Shown in pieces: positions 12,977 to 45,526 of a DNA stretch of 64,000 nt (positions are counted from its first letter, which is position 1; the number at the start of each line of letters is the position of its first letter). A model generated the notes under the pieces. The model saw only the letters and a list, made by a program, of their open reading frames with translations. It was not told the DNA's origin and made no database searches. The position numbers and the translations under genes are program-made. The stretch spans positions 19,291 to 83,290 of the forward strand of contig JAQGDQ010000889.1 of the NCBI GenBank assembly GCA_030141605.1, read 5' to 3'. The stretch comes from Tubiluchus corallicola. Lineage: Eukaryota > Animalia > Priapulida.

Positions 12977-15699
12977 GAAACATGATAAATAGCTAATTAT
13001 TGGAGAGCACTTTTAAAAATACAGTTTTGTATCTTGATATTGCTCGTATACATCTTATATGTATTGATAAAGCAGCGAAGAAACTGTAATATTGAATAAT
13101 AATTTAAATGTTGATTTTAATGCTGTTTTTGTTGTTATTTGTTGTTAAAACTGTTACAGTGGAATAAGTTAGGTGCAGAAATTATTATGGAGTGACCTAA
13201 GCCTATGGAAATTCAAAATGCTAGATCAGAAAGTAAGCTAAAGACTATTCACTGACTTTTATCAGTCTAACTGATCGATTTTGTGACTAAAATGAATCTC
13301 CCTGAATCGTTCGTTATTTTAACTCAGATTCTCGTGATAGTACGAAAATTTGTTCAGTTGGTTTAGGTCATCAATCGATCTTGGTGCCTTAATATCATCA
13401 GTATCGATACTGTCAATTATCATTATTATTACCTATCCGTTATTATCGTCACCATTATAACCATCATGTAGCTGTCATTGCTAATATCGCCAACATTGTC
13501 GTCATAATTAACATTACTAGCATATTTACTTTTTATTTGTTCACTTATTAGTTTTCTGCGCTGTTCTGAATTCTGTTCATCTGCTGTAGCTAAGTCATAT
13601 GCAATTCATGTTTGATGTACCTTGAAGCTTTTACTGAATTTTCTTGAGCTAAACTCATAGCACTCAGTGTAGAAGCATGTCAAACTTATAAACAGAATAT
13701 TGAAATTGTAATTCTATTGGTTATACTGAATAGATAATGAAGTAAATGCAAAAATGCTTTACATAATTTTATTATTTGTTTCTCACGCGTTTAATGTTTC
13801 TAAACTGCAGATAAGCAGCAAATTTCCCCGAATGCAGCAAACATCATTGATCTATTGGCCTTTTGAGTTTAGACCATTGAAAGCGCAAGAAAACCCTTCA
13901 TAAACAAAAAGCTTAAAAATTTGTCTTGAAATTTTATGTCACTTACATACCGCCTTTTTGCATGCAGGACATCAATTGGCAGTAACGCTATGTAAAACAT
14001 GTAAATATAAACTCCCGAGATGACCATTAGACGCAGCCAATTTGACAACAAATCATTTGAAACAAGTTCACATAACACTTAGTAAAGTTGGAAAACATCA
14101 AAACATCAGATCATTCGCAGCATACACGTCACTTTTAAATTACTGTATCTTGTCAAAAAGATTAAAAATACGTTTTTGGCTAGTGAGTGGCGCACATTAG
14201 TGGTGAGTCAGCAATATTTTACCAATTCGTGAAAACATTTTAAATAATTAAAAATTTTCTTTTCTAGTTACATAAGTCTTTCTAGCAGGTAAGCAAAAAG
14301 CTAAGTAATATAGATTTGCATGGAAGCTTTTTTGCTACATAATTTAGCATGGCCCTTTTCTTCCCCTGATTAGGTGACGTCATGTAATAGCGCCATTGAG
14401 AACAAAAGAGTATTGCGGGAAATTTAAAATGAAGACAAACAAAAATTCCTTTCAATGCGAGTATGATATATGCATAAAATTGCCATAAAGTAATATAACT
14501 TTTTAAGGCGATTTTTCTGAAATTTACTTCAGGTACCTCCTTTCTTGTCTTTAAGCTTGCTAATGACTGAGGGATTAACAAGGTACAGATTTTTTGCCAA
14601 CAGCAATATGACATCGAGATCAGTACTTTAAGTGGTCAAAACCTGGAACAGAGACTACGATAAAACTAGAGAGCCAGTTGCTATCATTATTGCTTATCAT
14701 TACAACTCTGGTGCCGGCTAACACTGTTATTATTATTATACTTACTTATTATTACTGCACATGACTCTGCAGTTAGGGAGAATAATTCTATTAAATATCT
14801 CAAATATCACGTACGTTAATTTTACATTTACTTAAATACCAATTACGTTTGGTATTTTCCAGTTACTGTCAAGTACTGAAGTCGATGTCGTATTGCTGTT
14901 GGTGTAAATTCCTTCATATGTATAAAGCCTAATCCAAGAAATAGCTGCGGTCCACTATTGAAAAGCGTGCAATTACCCAGGAATTACCTTTTTACTTCTC
15001 TCAGGCGAGCTTCTTGAACTGCTAATATTGATGATGCATTAACAAGTTTTTGCTAAGCATTTAAATTTGAAAATTAAACATTCAGCTTCGCACATACGTT
15101 GTTGCAATTTTAACGTTATTTTCAAATTTCATGATCAAGCTATCGCATGAGTCAAATATTCCAAATAGATGAATAATAATTAAAAATGTTGAAAAACGTC
15201 TCCGGGTGGTGATATGACACATAAGGCATATGCTGTTGTTACACTACTTTAAGAAGACCGCAAATTGCACAAATTACAGATTTCTGTTAAGACTTGGTCG
15301 TAAAACATTTGCTTTCAAAATTTTAAATGTCAATGATTTTACTTTTACATCTTCTTCTATTTTTAATATTATAGGCATCTAGACTACTTCCAACTACCAG
15401 AAAAGATGAGCTTGATGCATCGCAGGAAAGAATTCTCAGCACCAACAAGTAAAAGCAACAGACAATATAACTTTCAAAAGAAAGCCAGCGGTTTGTCAGA
15501 GCCGTTTCCGAATCAAGTGGCAATGTCATCTAAATAATTATTGGACAGGCTATGCAGCAATAGAGTTAAATTTGTTAATAGGTAGTTAGGTACCATTACT
15601 CTTTATCTAATTTTCTAAATTATCGGATGCTGATGGATAAGCATATAATTATAAATATTTATCAGATTGGGTCATGATGATGCTATGCAGAAACTGTAA

Positions 15700-15790
15700 C
15701 AAGACGGACCATGGCGGAGGGAATTGTAATCGGTGCACCAATTTTAACAGCATGCGCAGATTGCACCAGGACTAAAACGCATGCGCATCA
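15700..15790 (+). promoter_or_regulatory. Likely RYBP core promoter with NRF1-like and YY1-like motifs
   Basis: GCATGCGCA twice (15750, 15779) and CCATGGCGG (15709), about 150-230 nt upstream of the ATG. Confidence 0.45.
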
Positions 15791-15943
15791 GCGAAGTTCA
15801 CTTGCTGTAGAAAAGGTCATTGGCGTTGTTACAAGTTTTTTGGTGGTGCCAAGTATCAAGAATCGTATTTTTTATTTTTATTTTCATTACATCAATTCTG
15901 TAATTGGATGACTGTAATTCTGTAGGCTTTTGGATGACTGTTC

Positions 15944-35879
<19,936 letters not shown>

Positions 35880-38800
35880 GGTGGAGAGAAAATTTCCACG
35901 TTATCGGTGGAGTAGTTAAAATGAGTTTTTTGATTCGTCTGAACTCGTTAGTGAAATCTGCGGATGAGATGGCAGGCTGGCTGAAAACAGTGTAGCCGGT
36001 TTGCTAAACAAAGTGCATGACTGACTAAAATGGAGGACAACTTTTTCATCTTGCACTTTTTCATGGATATTTCCTGTTTTGGAAAATGTTTTCCTAAAAC
36101 AACATCGAGCTGCAATCCTCATTGGGGGGCCACAAAGGCAGTAACTACCATACTTGTTTGAACTACCAGTAGATGGTGCCACTGACTACCATGTAAATGT
36201 CATCGCTTTGTTCATTGCTAAATCGATATCATTGATATAAGCTTTGATAGCTCTAGGAAATGTTTTGTGTTGTTATTTATAATTATTTTATTTATTCTGC
36301 TTTTTTATGAAACTTGTAAAAAGGTGTTTTGTCGTGAAACGATGTTCTGCATGTATAATCTATACATATAAGTGTGTCACCTGATTTGTCACAAACAGTT
36401 TTAAATGTTACCAAGGAATGATTAGAGTCATTTTATTTTGATGCACATGGGCAAATTGTTAGACTAGTTAGGAGCCATCATAGCTTTTTATTTTTAACTT
36501 AATTATTGTAGGCATGTACCTCTGTGACGGTACATAAAACTTTCTACGCATGCTGCCTATTTTTTGGAAATAGTGATTATCATTTGTGATAGTTTTTAAC
36601 GACTTTATCATTCTTACAATGGAAATAGGACCGAAGTCACATAAGCGTTTATTGTATTGGAAAATGTACGTTTCCTTTAGATTTCATCATTGTTGACTTC
36701 TCAGTGCGTTGTAAATAACGGCAAAATACCAACGACACTCAGACTGTAAACAACTGGAAAAATCGTAGGTGTTGATCAAAAAATGGTTAGAAAATCTTGA
36801 CCTTGGATTTTGAACTCGAGATCGTGTTTGGCAAGACGCCAAGTTCACTACTTTTACTCTGTGTTGAATAGTTTTGAAACCAGGCCACTCTCATTCATTG
36901 TCAGTCATGCATACAGGTTTGCACATAAATTCATGCACTATTTATTGTGAATAATTCTATATGTACAGTATTTAATTACGACTGAACTGTAATTATGTTT
37001 ATAGTCAATGTGAAACCTCAAAAGACTCCTGTGTAGATAGGATGCATAGCACAACTTTTCCAGCACAAGTGTATTGTTTGGCTTCGGTACTTCATCTGGG
37101 CTGCTTCTCTTTGGGCTCCCATAAGCAAGTAATACTGAAACCGTTTCTGTCCTTTAATTCTTTCAATACATCTCGCATTACGATTTACGCTTATTGCTCA
37201 TTAAACTAAGTAGATGTACCAGCATCTATATCTGATACGTTGCCAAGACTGGAAACCTAGTTAGGCTGATTAATGATTGCCAAAATTGTGCTATTCATTT
37301 GGAAAATATGTATAAAACAGTCGTGAGGCTGTTTGCATCGTGACGTGGAAGCTTAAGCTAAAAACTAACTAAATTTTAATCTGTGTGTTTGCATATCAAA
37401 GCCTAGACTACATTTTCCATTTTCGCATTTGTATAAATTTTATCACAAATGTCAGCCATCTAATGCAACGGCCCAGTTAGAAATATACTAGCTGCCGATA
37501 TCTGCATCGACTGTTTATTTTTTAAAAAGCTAAGGTTAAAATGAATCTGTTTTGCCTATTAACTATCGTTTGCACTGATAAAAATTGTATTTTGTTTAAA
37601 AAAACGTTTTGCCACCAATTGCCAGTGAACTGTTTAAGAGAATTTTAGGTATTCGTTTCAGTTAGACGTACAATAATTTGAAACGTGGTTTTTGATCAAT
37701 ATATAGCAGCTCTGCAATTCTTAAAATTTTTCATTTTCTTATGTATGTTGGCTGCTAGTGAGATAAGCAAAACAATTAAGCATATCATCACAAAAGGTAA
37801 AGAATGTTATTTTCAGCAATATGCACTGCAGCGGCACAGTCATTTCAGTTCAGATTTAGTTTCTGTCTCTTTTCTCATAAATTTTATCTTCTTTAGAAAC
37901 TTTCAGTGAGATTTGACAAAACAATTGCTTGGTCAATAGCTACAATTGTATGGCTATCGGTAGTCTCTAGCTGTCAGCCATTTTGTTTAAACTCATCAAG
38001 ATGGCCGAGTATCTTCAGTTATTGCTATGTTTGTAATTAGCTGCTTTGCTTATTTTATAGCTTTACAGATGGGAAATTTTTTATTTTTCAAACTTGTTTT
38101 AGGTTATGAAAAGTTTACAACCCTTTCTTGCGATAACCTGGTGTCTTTTCTTTTGAATTTTCTTTTTTTCTTACTATTCGGTGTATAAAGTGTCGTGGGT
38201 TCATTTATAGCTGACCGTTTTCTGTTTGTTTTTTTCTTGTTTTAATTTTACTGCAGTTACAATGTTACTCTTTTACAACTGTGTGAAAGAAAAACTCGAA
38301 AAAGTTGAGAAACTCCTTGTTTACACCAATTGTGTGTTTTGCAATTTTTCATTTCCGTAAATAATTGTAATTTTTTATAATTAAATGTAGTTTCTGTCTA
38401 AGTGTATGCTACTTTAGTATACTATTTATGTTTAGGCCGAATTGTATTGTTTACAATTACGCAGGTTCTGCCACATTTTCTACTATTCGTCAGTTCTAGT
38501 TGGTGCATTGTGTATGTATTGTTTATAGATAAAAATAGAAATTTTCAGTGTAATTTTTTCTGAAATTTTCTGTTTTATTGTGAAACTTTGTTTATTTAAA
38601 AAACATCCATACACCTCCGAGAACATTTCGACCCTCATAGGTCTGCTATCCTTAAAAGTAGCTGTAAAATACAAAATACGATATTGAACATGTTTGTGAA
38701 CTCGTGTTTGCTCAAACGTGTGTTAAAAATTCTTTACATATTTTCCCCAAAATGTTCATGTAAGTAAGTAAGTAAGTTTATTAGTTTATCGCCATTTTTA

Positions 38801-39283
38801 AAATAGCAAAATACATAACTAAGACATTTATAAATCTATACAACATACAATAATATTACAAAGTGCAAAAGTAATTATAGATTAGTGGTGAAAGGGTGGT
38901 GAAAGAACTATAAGTTATCGAGGTCAGCCACCCTCTCAGGATTGTTACTAATATGGTTAATTAGTTAATGCGCGTGTACCCGGTAATTAAAAATTATCAG
39001 ATTTTGCATTTAAGACGAATGAAAATTGAATTATTATACAAATGTGTTAATTTATAATAAAATAATGTTCAATAATGGGAAAGAAGAGACACACGTGACT
39101 ATCTTTAAATGATAATTTAACCATTACGTATTTAAAATTAATGTTATGAGGACATAGAGCCAAAGGAAGAAAAAAATTAATTTTTATGCTGAAATAACTG
39201 CTTTTATCGATCATTATAGTGAAATTCGTAGTTAAATGTAGATACAATTATGAACAGACTGTCTTGCACAAATTATATATTAA

Positions 39284-39531
39284 CCCTTTCAGTCCCAAAT
39301 TATTTTTTAATAAGAAAAAAATTTTTGACTTGGCACTTTTGTTCAGTATGTCCATCTTGTTTATACATAATAATTTTTTATCTACCTGTGCCCGCGTGCT
39401 AAATATAGCCTGTATCCCACGGGATACATTGAGATTCAATGGAAGCATAAAATGTGCTTCATTTTGCACCTGCTGTTAATTTTTTAAAGTATTTAAGACA
39501 TTTAGTATGCATGCTATGCTGATCTGTACAA
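39284..39531 (-). mobile_element. piggyBac-type MITE family C, partial
   Basis: TTAA-CCCTTTCAGTCCC right end in inverted orientation. Confidence 0.85.
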
Positions 39532-39703
39532 AGGAAGGAAAAAGAGTAACGATCAAACACAGCCTACAAGTAGATACACTTGGTTAATATGTATAAATGT
39601 CGAATAATCTGTGATAGGTAACTTTGTGTTTTAACAATCGATATTACGCCCACGTGTGAGTTTTAAGATCAAAGAGGAATTTCGATCAGTGGAGGATAAT
39701 TAA

Positions 39704-40161
39704 CCCTTTCATACCCGTTGTATCCCGTGGGATACGAGAATATTCTCTGCCTTTAAAATTAATAAAATTTTAAAACTGACAGTTATTTGATCTGCTAATA
39801 GTTATTTTAATTTAAGCCAATAACAATGGACTAAAAATAGTGATAAAATGGCAAACTAGAAAATCTACATAGCATAAAAAACTGTGCAAGGTACAGTACT
39901 TTAGAGACGACTTTGTACAGATCAGCATAGCATGCATACTAAATGTCTTAAATACTTTAAAAAATTATCAACAGTTGCAAAATGAAGCACATTTTATGCT
40001 TCCATTGAATCTCAATGTATCCCGCGGGATACAGGCTATATTTAGCACGCGGGCACAGGTGGAAAAAATAATTATTATGTGTAAACAAGATGGACATACT
40101 GAACAAAAGTACTAAATAAAAACAATGTTCTTTTTAAAAAAATAATTTGGAACTGAAAGGG
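39704..40161 (+). mobile_element. piggyBac-type MITE family C, full copy
   Basis: TTAA TSDs; CCCTTTCA/TGAAAGGG TIRs; internal palindrome GTATCCCG.GGGATAC near both ends. Confidence 0.92.
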
Positions 40162-40623
40162 TTAAGAAATTTTGAAATAATGTGGTATCTGTCTGGATAA
40201 AAGTCGTCCCTGCCCCTCTGTAAAGCAATTCACGTATAATCAGTAAAAACATTTTGCATTACGTCGCGTTACGTTACGTTACGTTACAATGCATTCAATT
40301 ACATTACAACAGAATTCAACAGCTACAATGACAAATTGTTGTTATCGCTGCCGTCGTTTTCGTTGTTGTCAATGTTATTGACGTTGCCACTGTTGCCGCT
40401 GCTGTTGATGGCGATGGTATTGCTGATGCTGTTTGTGAATTATCAACTAACAATGAAAATTGAAGTTCTAAGAATGCAGTTTTTTATTACTTTTTAGCGT
40501 CTTTTACACGAAAAACTTGTTGCTTCAAGTTATACATCGCTTACTTCGTTAAACTTAGATTTGGGGGGAACAAATAAGCGAATAATTTTCTTTCTGCACT
40601 GTAGATGTCAGCACCTTCTCACA

Positions 40624-43600
40624 CTACGCACCACAGCAATGTTTCTGCGTCTCCTGCTGCGTAGATGACCATTCAAGCCACCCTCCACCGTAACTTCTAA
40701 CCCTAGGAAATTTAAACAAAACATTTTAACTTCTAATAGACAACCCCTGTTTCTGCTACCAAGGGATACGTTTTAGAAGTTCATAATTTTATAGGATTTA
40801 ATAGTTTTCAGTTATATTTATTTCCGTTAATAATCAAAAAATCACATCTTCTACAACTACGATAAAAATACGGGGCTCAGTAATTCTTGACGTAAATCGC
40901 TTAACGCACCGATTTGATGTCTGGCATAGCCTAGACAGTCCCATTGCTAAGTGGGATTAAAACTGAGAAAAATTCCAGGCGAGGAATAACTTTCAAGTCA
41001 ACTCTTCATCCCTTGTGATAAGGAAGGGGACCTACTGCTGCTGCTTGAGCTGTCACTACGTTGACAAACAGGTAGGCCTATGCTTTGCGTTTGTGTTTTA
41101 TAGCTCTCTCTACAGGTTGAAAGTACTACGGCCAAACCACGTTGAAAACACCTGTTATCGTCTGATCACCGAAGTTAAGCAACGTAGAGCCTGGTTAGTA
41201 CTTGGACGGGTGACCGCCAAAGAATACCAGGTGCTGTAGGCTAGCGGGATGCCCACACTGTATCTCGACACTAGGAGGAGGAGCTGCACAAGCAACCAAC
41301 GGCTAGAGGGCGGAGAAGGTCAAGTGACCCAACGGCCATGTGTAGAGGAGTAAACCTTCCAAGTCAGAGGTGGAGCCCCGAAGGCGGACCAGTGCAACAT
41401 GCTCACTGACTCTGGCAGCTCCTGCAGCCAACCTGGCGCCAAACGTATCGCTCCGCTTTCCTTTGGACTACACCAGGGAAGAAGAGAGGGAGTTCCTGCG
41501 GTCTGGGCAACTCAGGATCTCCATACACCTTGCCCAGGCGTGCGCCCTGGAGACGTTCAAGGATCGCACTGCTCAGCCACAGTCGACACTGCAGCTCCAT
41601 CAATGTGATCAGTAACTGACTCTCTTGGCACACATTTCCGATACAGAAGGATGCCAACAACAGGTTGAAAGCCATTCACGACGGATTCTGAGAATACGAA
41701 AACAGAATACTCTTAGACTAACGAAATTATGGGATACACTCAAACGGAGCCACCCTCTAACTAGGGAAGAGATGGAGTTCATGTTGTCTGGGCAACTCAG
41801 GATCTCCATACACCTTGCCCAGGCGTGCGCCCTGGAGACGTCCAAGGATCGCACTGCTCAGGAACAGTCTGCGCTGCAGCTCCATCAATATGATCAACAA
41901 CTGACTCTCTTGGCGCACACTTCCGAGACAGAAGGATGCCAACATAACATACGAAAACAGAATATTCTTAGACTAACGAAATTATGGGATACACTTAAAC
42001 GGAGCCCCCTCTAACTCGCTTGTCTTGAACATTTTCTACTTGCAATAGTTTTGATCGACATTTGCATAACACAAAATAAACTTATTGTAGATTTTCTAAA
42101 TAAACTGGAATAGCTAGCTTCTGTTTGTCAAAGGAAATATTCTTTAAGAAATACCACTATTTTACAATTTTTGCAAACCAAATTAACACATATTTCAACT
42201 GCATGGAAAAACTGACTTTTTTACCAAATGTAAATAAAGGCTGAGGCTGCAGCCTATACTGGCCTATAGGGTAATCCGGCCTTTCCTAGATCACAATTTA
42301 GAGACTATTTCTTAGATGAACGAGTCCTACTTTGTGTATCCCAAATCCATGGCAAGTCTGAGCGCCTGTGCGCTCCTGTTACCGCTCCTGCATGTGAACA
42401 CGACTTCTGAGTCAAGTTCCGGCTTGTCATGACCGTACGTTTGTTTGAATGAAACTTTATCCATGTTCAAAGCCTGAACAAGTTGCGGCACTGAAATGGT
42501 GAAGAACATTTGTGTGCATGAAGTTTTACTAAGAGTTGGCAAACTCAACTACAAAGACACTTTTTAGTATAGAAGTATTTTGTACAGGGTGTTTCAAAAG
42601 AAACACGTGACACAGTGTAATAACAAAAACGCTGTAAGCACATCAATATTACACCATATGAAGTGCGGTAAGTGGACTCATACCAAGTTATATAGCAGAA
42701 AAGTTAAAGTAATTACAATCACACAAATATACAATAATAATTTCAAGTCATTTTGTAATTATTTTTCATGTTTCTATTGCCGCGTTTCTTTTGGATCGCC
42801 CTGTATGTACCTGTAAGTAGCTAAACACAGCATTCAGTGCAAGAATTATTTATTAGTTAAACTAATGGTGTTAGCTGGAGTTGTCGTTAAAGCATGTATC
42901 TGAAAGAATAGGAATTTGTCTGCGTCATGTGTATTGTCTGGCATACTTAATGACAATAGACTATTTGTTGTTTGCACCGCTTAACCCTTTCATACCCCTT
43001 GTATCCCGTGGGATACGAGAATATTTTCTGCCTTTAAAATTAATAAAATTTTAAAACTGACAGTTATTTGATCTGTTAATAGTTATTTTGATTTAAGCCA
43101 ATAACAATAGACTAAAAATGGTGATAAAATGACAAACTAGAAAATCTACATAGCATAAAAAACTGCGCAAGGTACAGTACTTTAGAGACGACTTTGTACA
43201 GATCAGCTTAGCATGCATACTAAATGTCTTAAATACTTTAAAAAATTATCAGCAGTTGCAAAATGAAGCACATTTTATGTTTCTATTGAATCCCAATGTA
43301 TCTCGTGGGATACAGGCTATATTCAGCACGCGGGCACAGGCAGAAAAAAATAATTATTATGTGCAAAGAAGATGGACATACTGAACAAAATTATCAAGCC
43401 AAAAATTTTTTTCTTATTAAAAAAATAATTTGGGACTGAAAGGGTTAATAAAAGCCTGCGCCTTAGACTGTAGTTTACCAATAGTTAGCTGAAATATTAT
43501 TATGAAACTTTATTTGTGATTATAATAATTTGAGTTAATAGCTAATATAATGGTGTACGTAGTCTAGAATGACTAAAATAACTATATAAAAATTTGATGC

Positions 43601-45490
43601 TATAAATTTCATTTTTTCTTTTTGTTTTGCTTAACTTTGCTTGCAGTTCTGTTTGTCTGTTTGTATATCAGACAGACATAGTGTATTTATTTATAATTAT
43701 GTAATAAATTCTAAAATCTTTAATTGAGAGAACTAGTAAACAAAAATGAGATTTTACTACTAGTAACTTACTAGCTACTACTCAGCTATTCTAATCCAAA
43801 CTTTAATTTATGCAATGTGAAACGACGCAATCACTATGACGTTGGACAAAGAGACGTAAGATAATTATGACTCTTACACCTGTTCGGGGGCGGAACTAGG
43901 GGGAGCGAGGGGGGACGCCCCCTGTCAAAATTTGCGCCCCCCTGCAAAATCGGACAAAAAAATTTTTTGCAGTGAAAATTGCAGTTCGCATGTTCGCACG
44001 CAATAAACTTGTTGTCGTAACAAAGCTGGTGTGACTTTTTGAATGGCGTATCGTTCCACATTTCATTTTGACATTATTTCCGGCGTATTATTTTCTTAAA
44101 ACTTGTGTGTGATAAATTTCTGTAAATAACAATTTAGTTAGAGGCACATTAATAACGCTAGGTTAACTGAGAGTTAATTTTCTCATTATTGCTCTGTCCG
44201 CTACGCCGTCCTACACACACGCTAATTATAGGCCTGCATGCAGTATAAAAGGGGTTAAAATTGGCTTAACCATTATTTAACCACTTTGGATACCTCGCCC
44301 TCCCAGAAAATTTTAGCGTCCCCCCCCCCCCCCGCTTGCCACATCTAGTTCCGCTCCTGCACCTGTTGTGTGTATGAAAGTATGACGTAATCATAAATGT
44401 CTTTTTCGTGCGACCATTTGCATTTATATGAATAGATGCATTTGATAAAAGTACTGCAATTCTTTCATCAACTCACGTGGAATGACAATGGAGGTAGGGA
44501 TCTTTCCCGTATCGCAGACCTCGTCACAAGATCTGACATCAATCAGCACAATGGAATTGTTCTTTTTTATTAGTGATTGCAGTTCACTCTTGCATACCAG
44601 ATCTGAAATAAGAACAGTTTAGTCTACGACTAAACAAAAATAAACCACAAGCGTTTGTACAAATGAATTTTGTGAAATTTTGCAAAAAAACTAGGTCTAA
44701 TGTCTTTTTGTCAGGCACACTGAAAAGAAACACTTGAAATGGGAGTGTGTAAACATTAGTTCAGAAGAAAAATGCTCTAAAATATTGAAAACTTTAATCA
44801 ATCCAACAGTTTTTGTATCACGACCTTTGATCGACCTTGACCTTGATCAAGATGGGAGAATCAGAAGTGAATTTTCACTTAGACACAATGTAACGTTAAT
44901 TTGCTCACTGCAAGTACATTATTGAATAATTTACATTGTGACACTTCAGTGATTTTTTGAATTTCAATATGACTTTTGTTAAAGTCAAGCAGGGCCGGCC
45001 TTAGGTAATTGGAGACCCTAGGCGAAGTGAATTTGGTGGCCCCAAATGAAATAGAAAAATAAAAAATAAATACGCAAAAAATAAAATTACGCAATTTATT
45101 AAAAACTACCCGTATTTATATCTAAATCAACAAATAACTGAAATTTATACAAACATATTCGTGCAGATGTCATAAACCTTCAACAAAAATCAACTTTTCG
45201 TGCTTTGATGGCAGCAAAGTCTGCAAGTCTGCAATAAATTGTGAATAATCCAGAGGCTGGACGATATCTCGTTCGATAGATATCATTGCCAGACTGTTTA
45301 GGCGTTCGAGTGAGAGAGAAAGAACGAGAGAGGGAGAGAGAGATAGACAGAGTGAGTGAGTGAGTGAGTGAGAGAGAGAAAGAAAGAAAGAACGAGAGAG
45401 GGAGAGAGAGATACACAGAGTGAGTGAGTGAGTGAGTGAGAGAGAGGGAGAGAGAGATAGACAGAGTGAAAAAGAGAGGAAACAGAGAGC

Positions 45491-45526
<36 letters not shown>

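Noticed and set aside
41124-41242. Functional 5S rDNA unit linked to SL RNA or U snRNA genes
   Set aside because: Single copy with substitutions and no terminator; no Sm-site RNA recognised nearby
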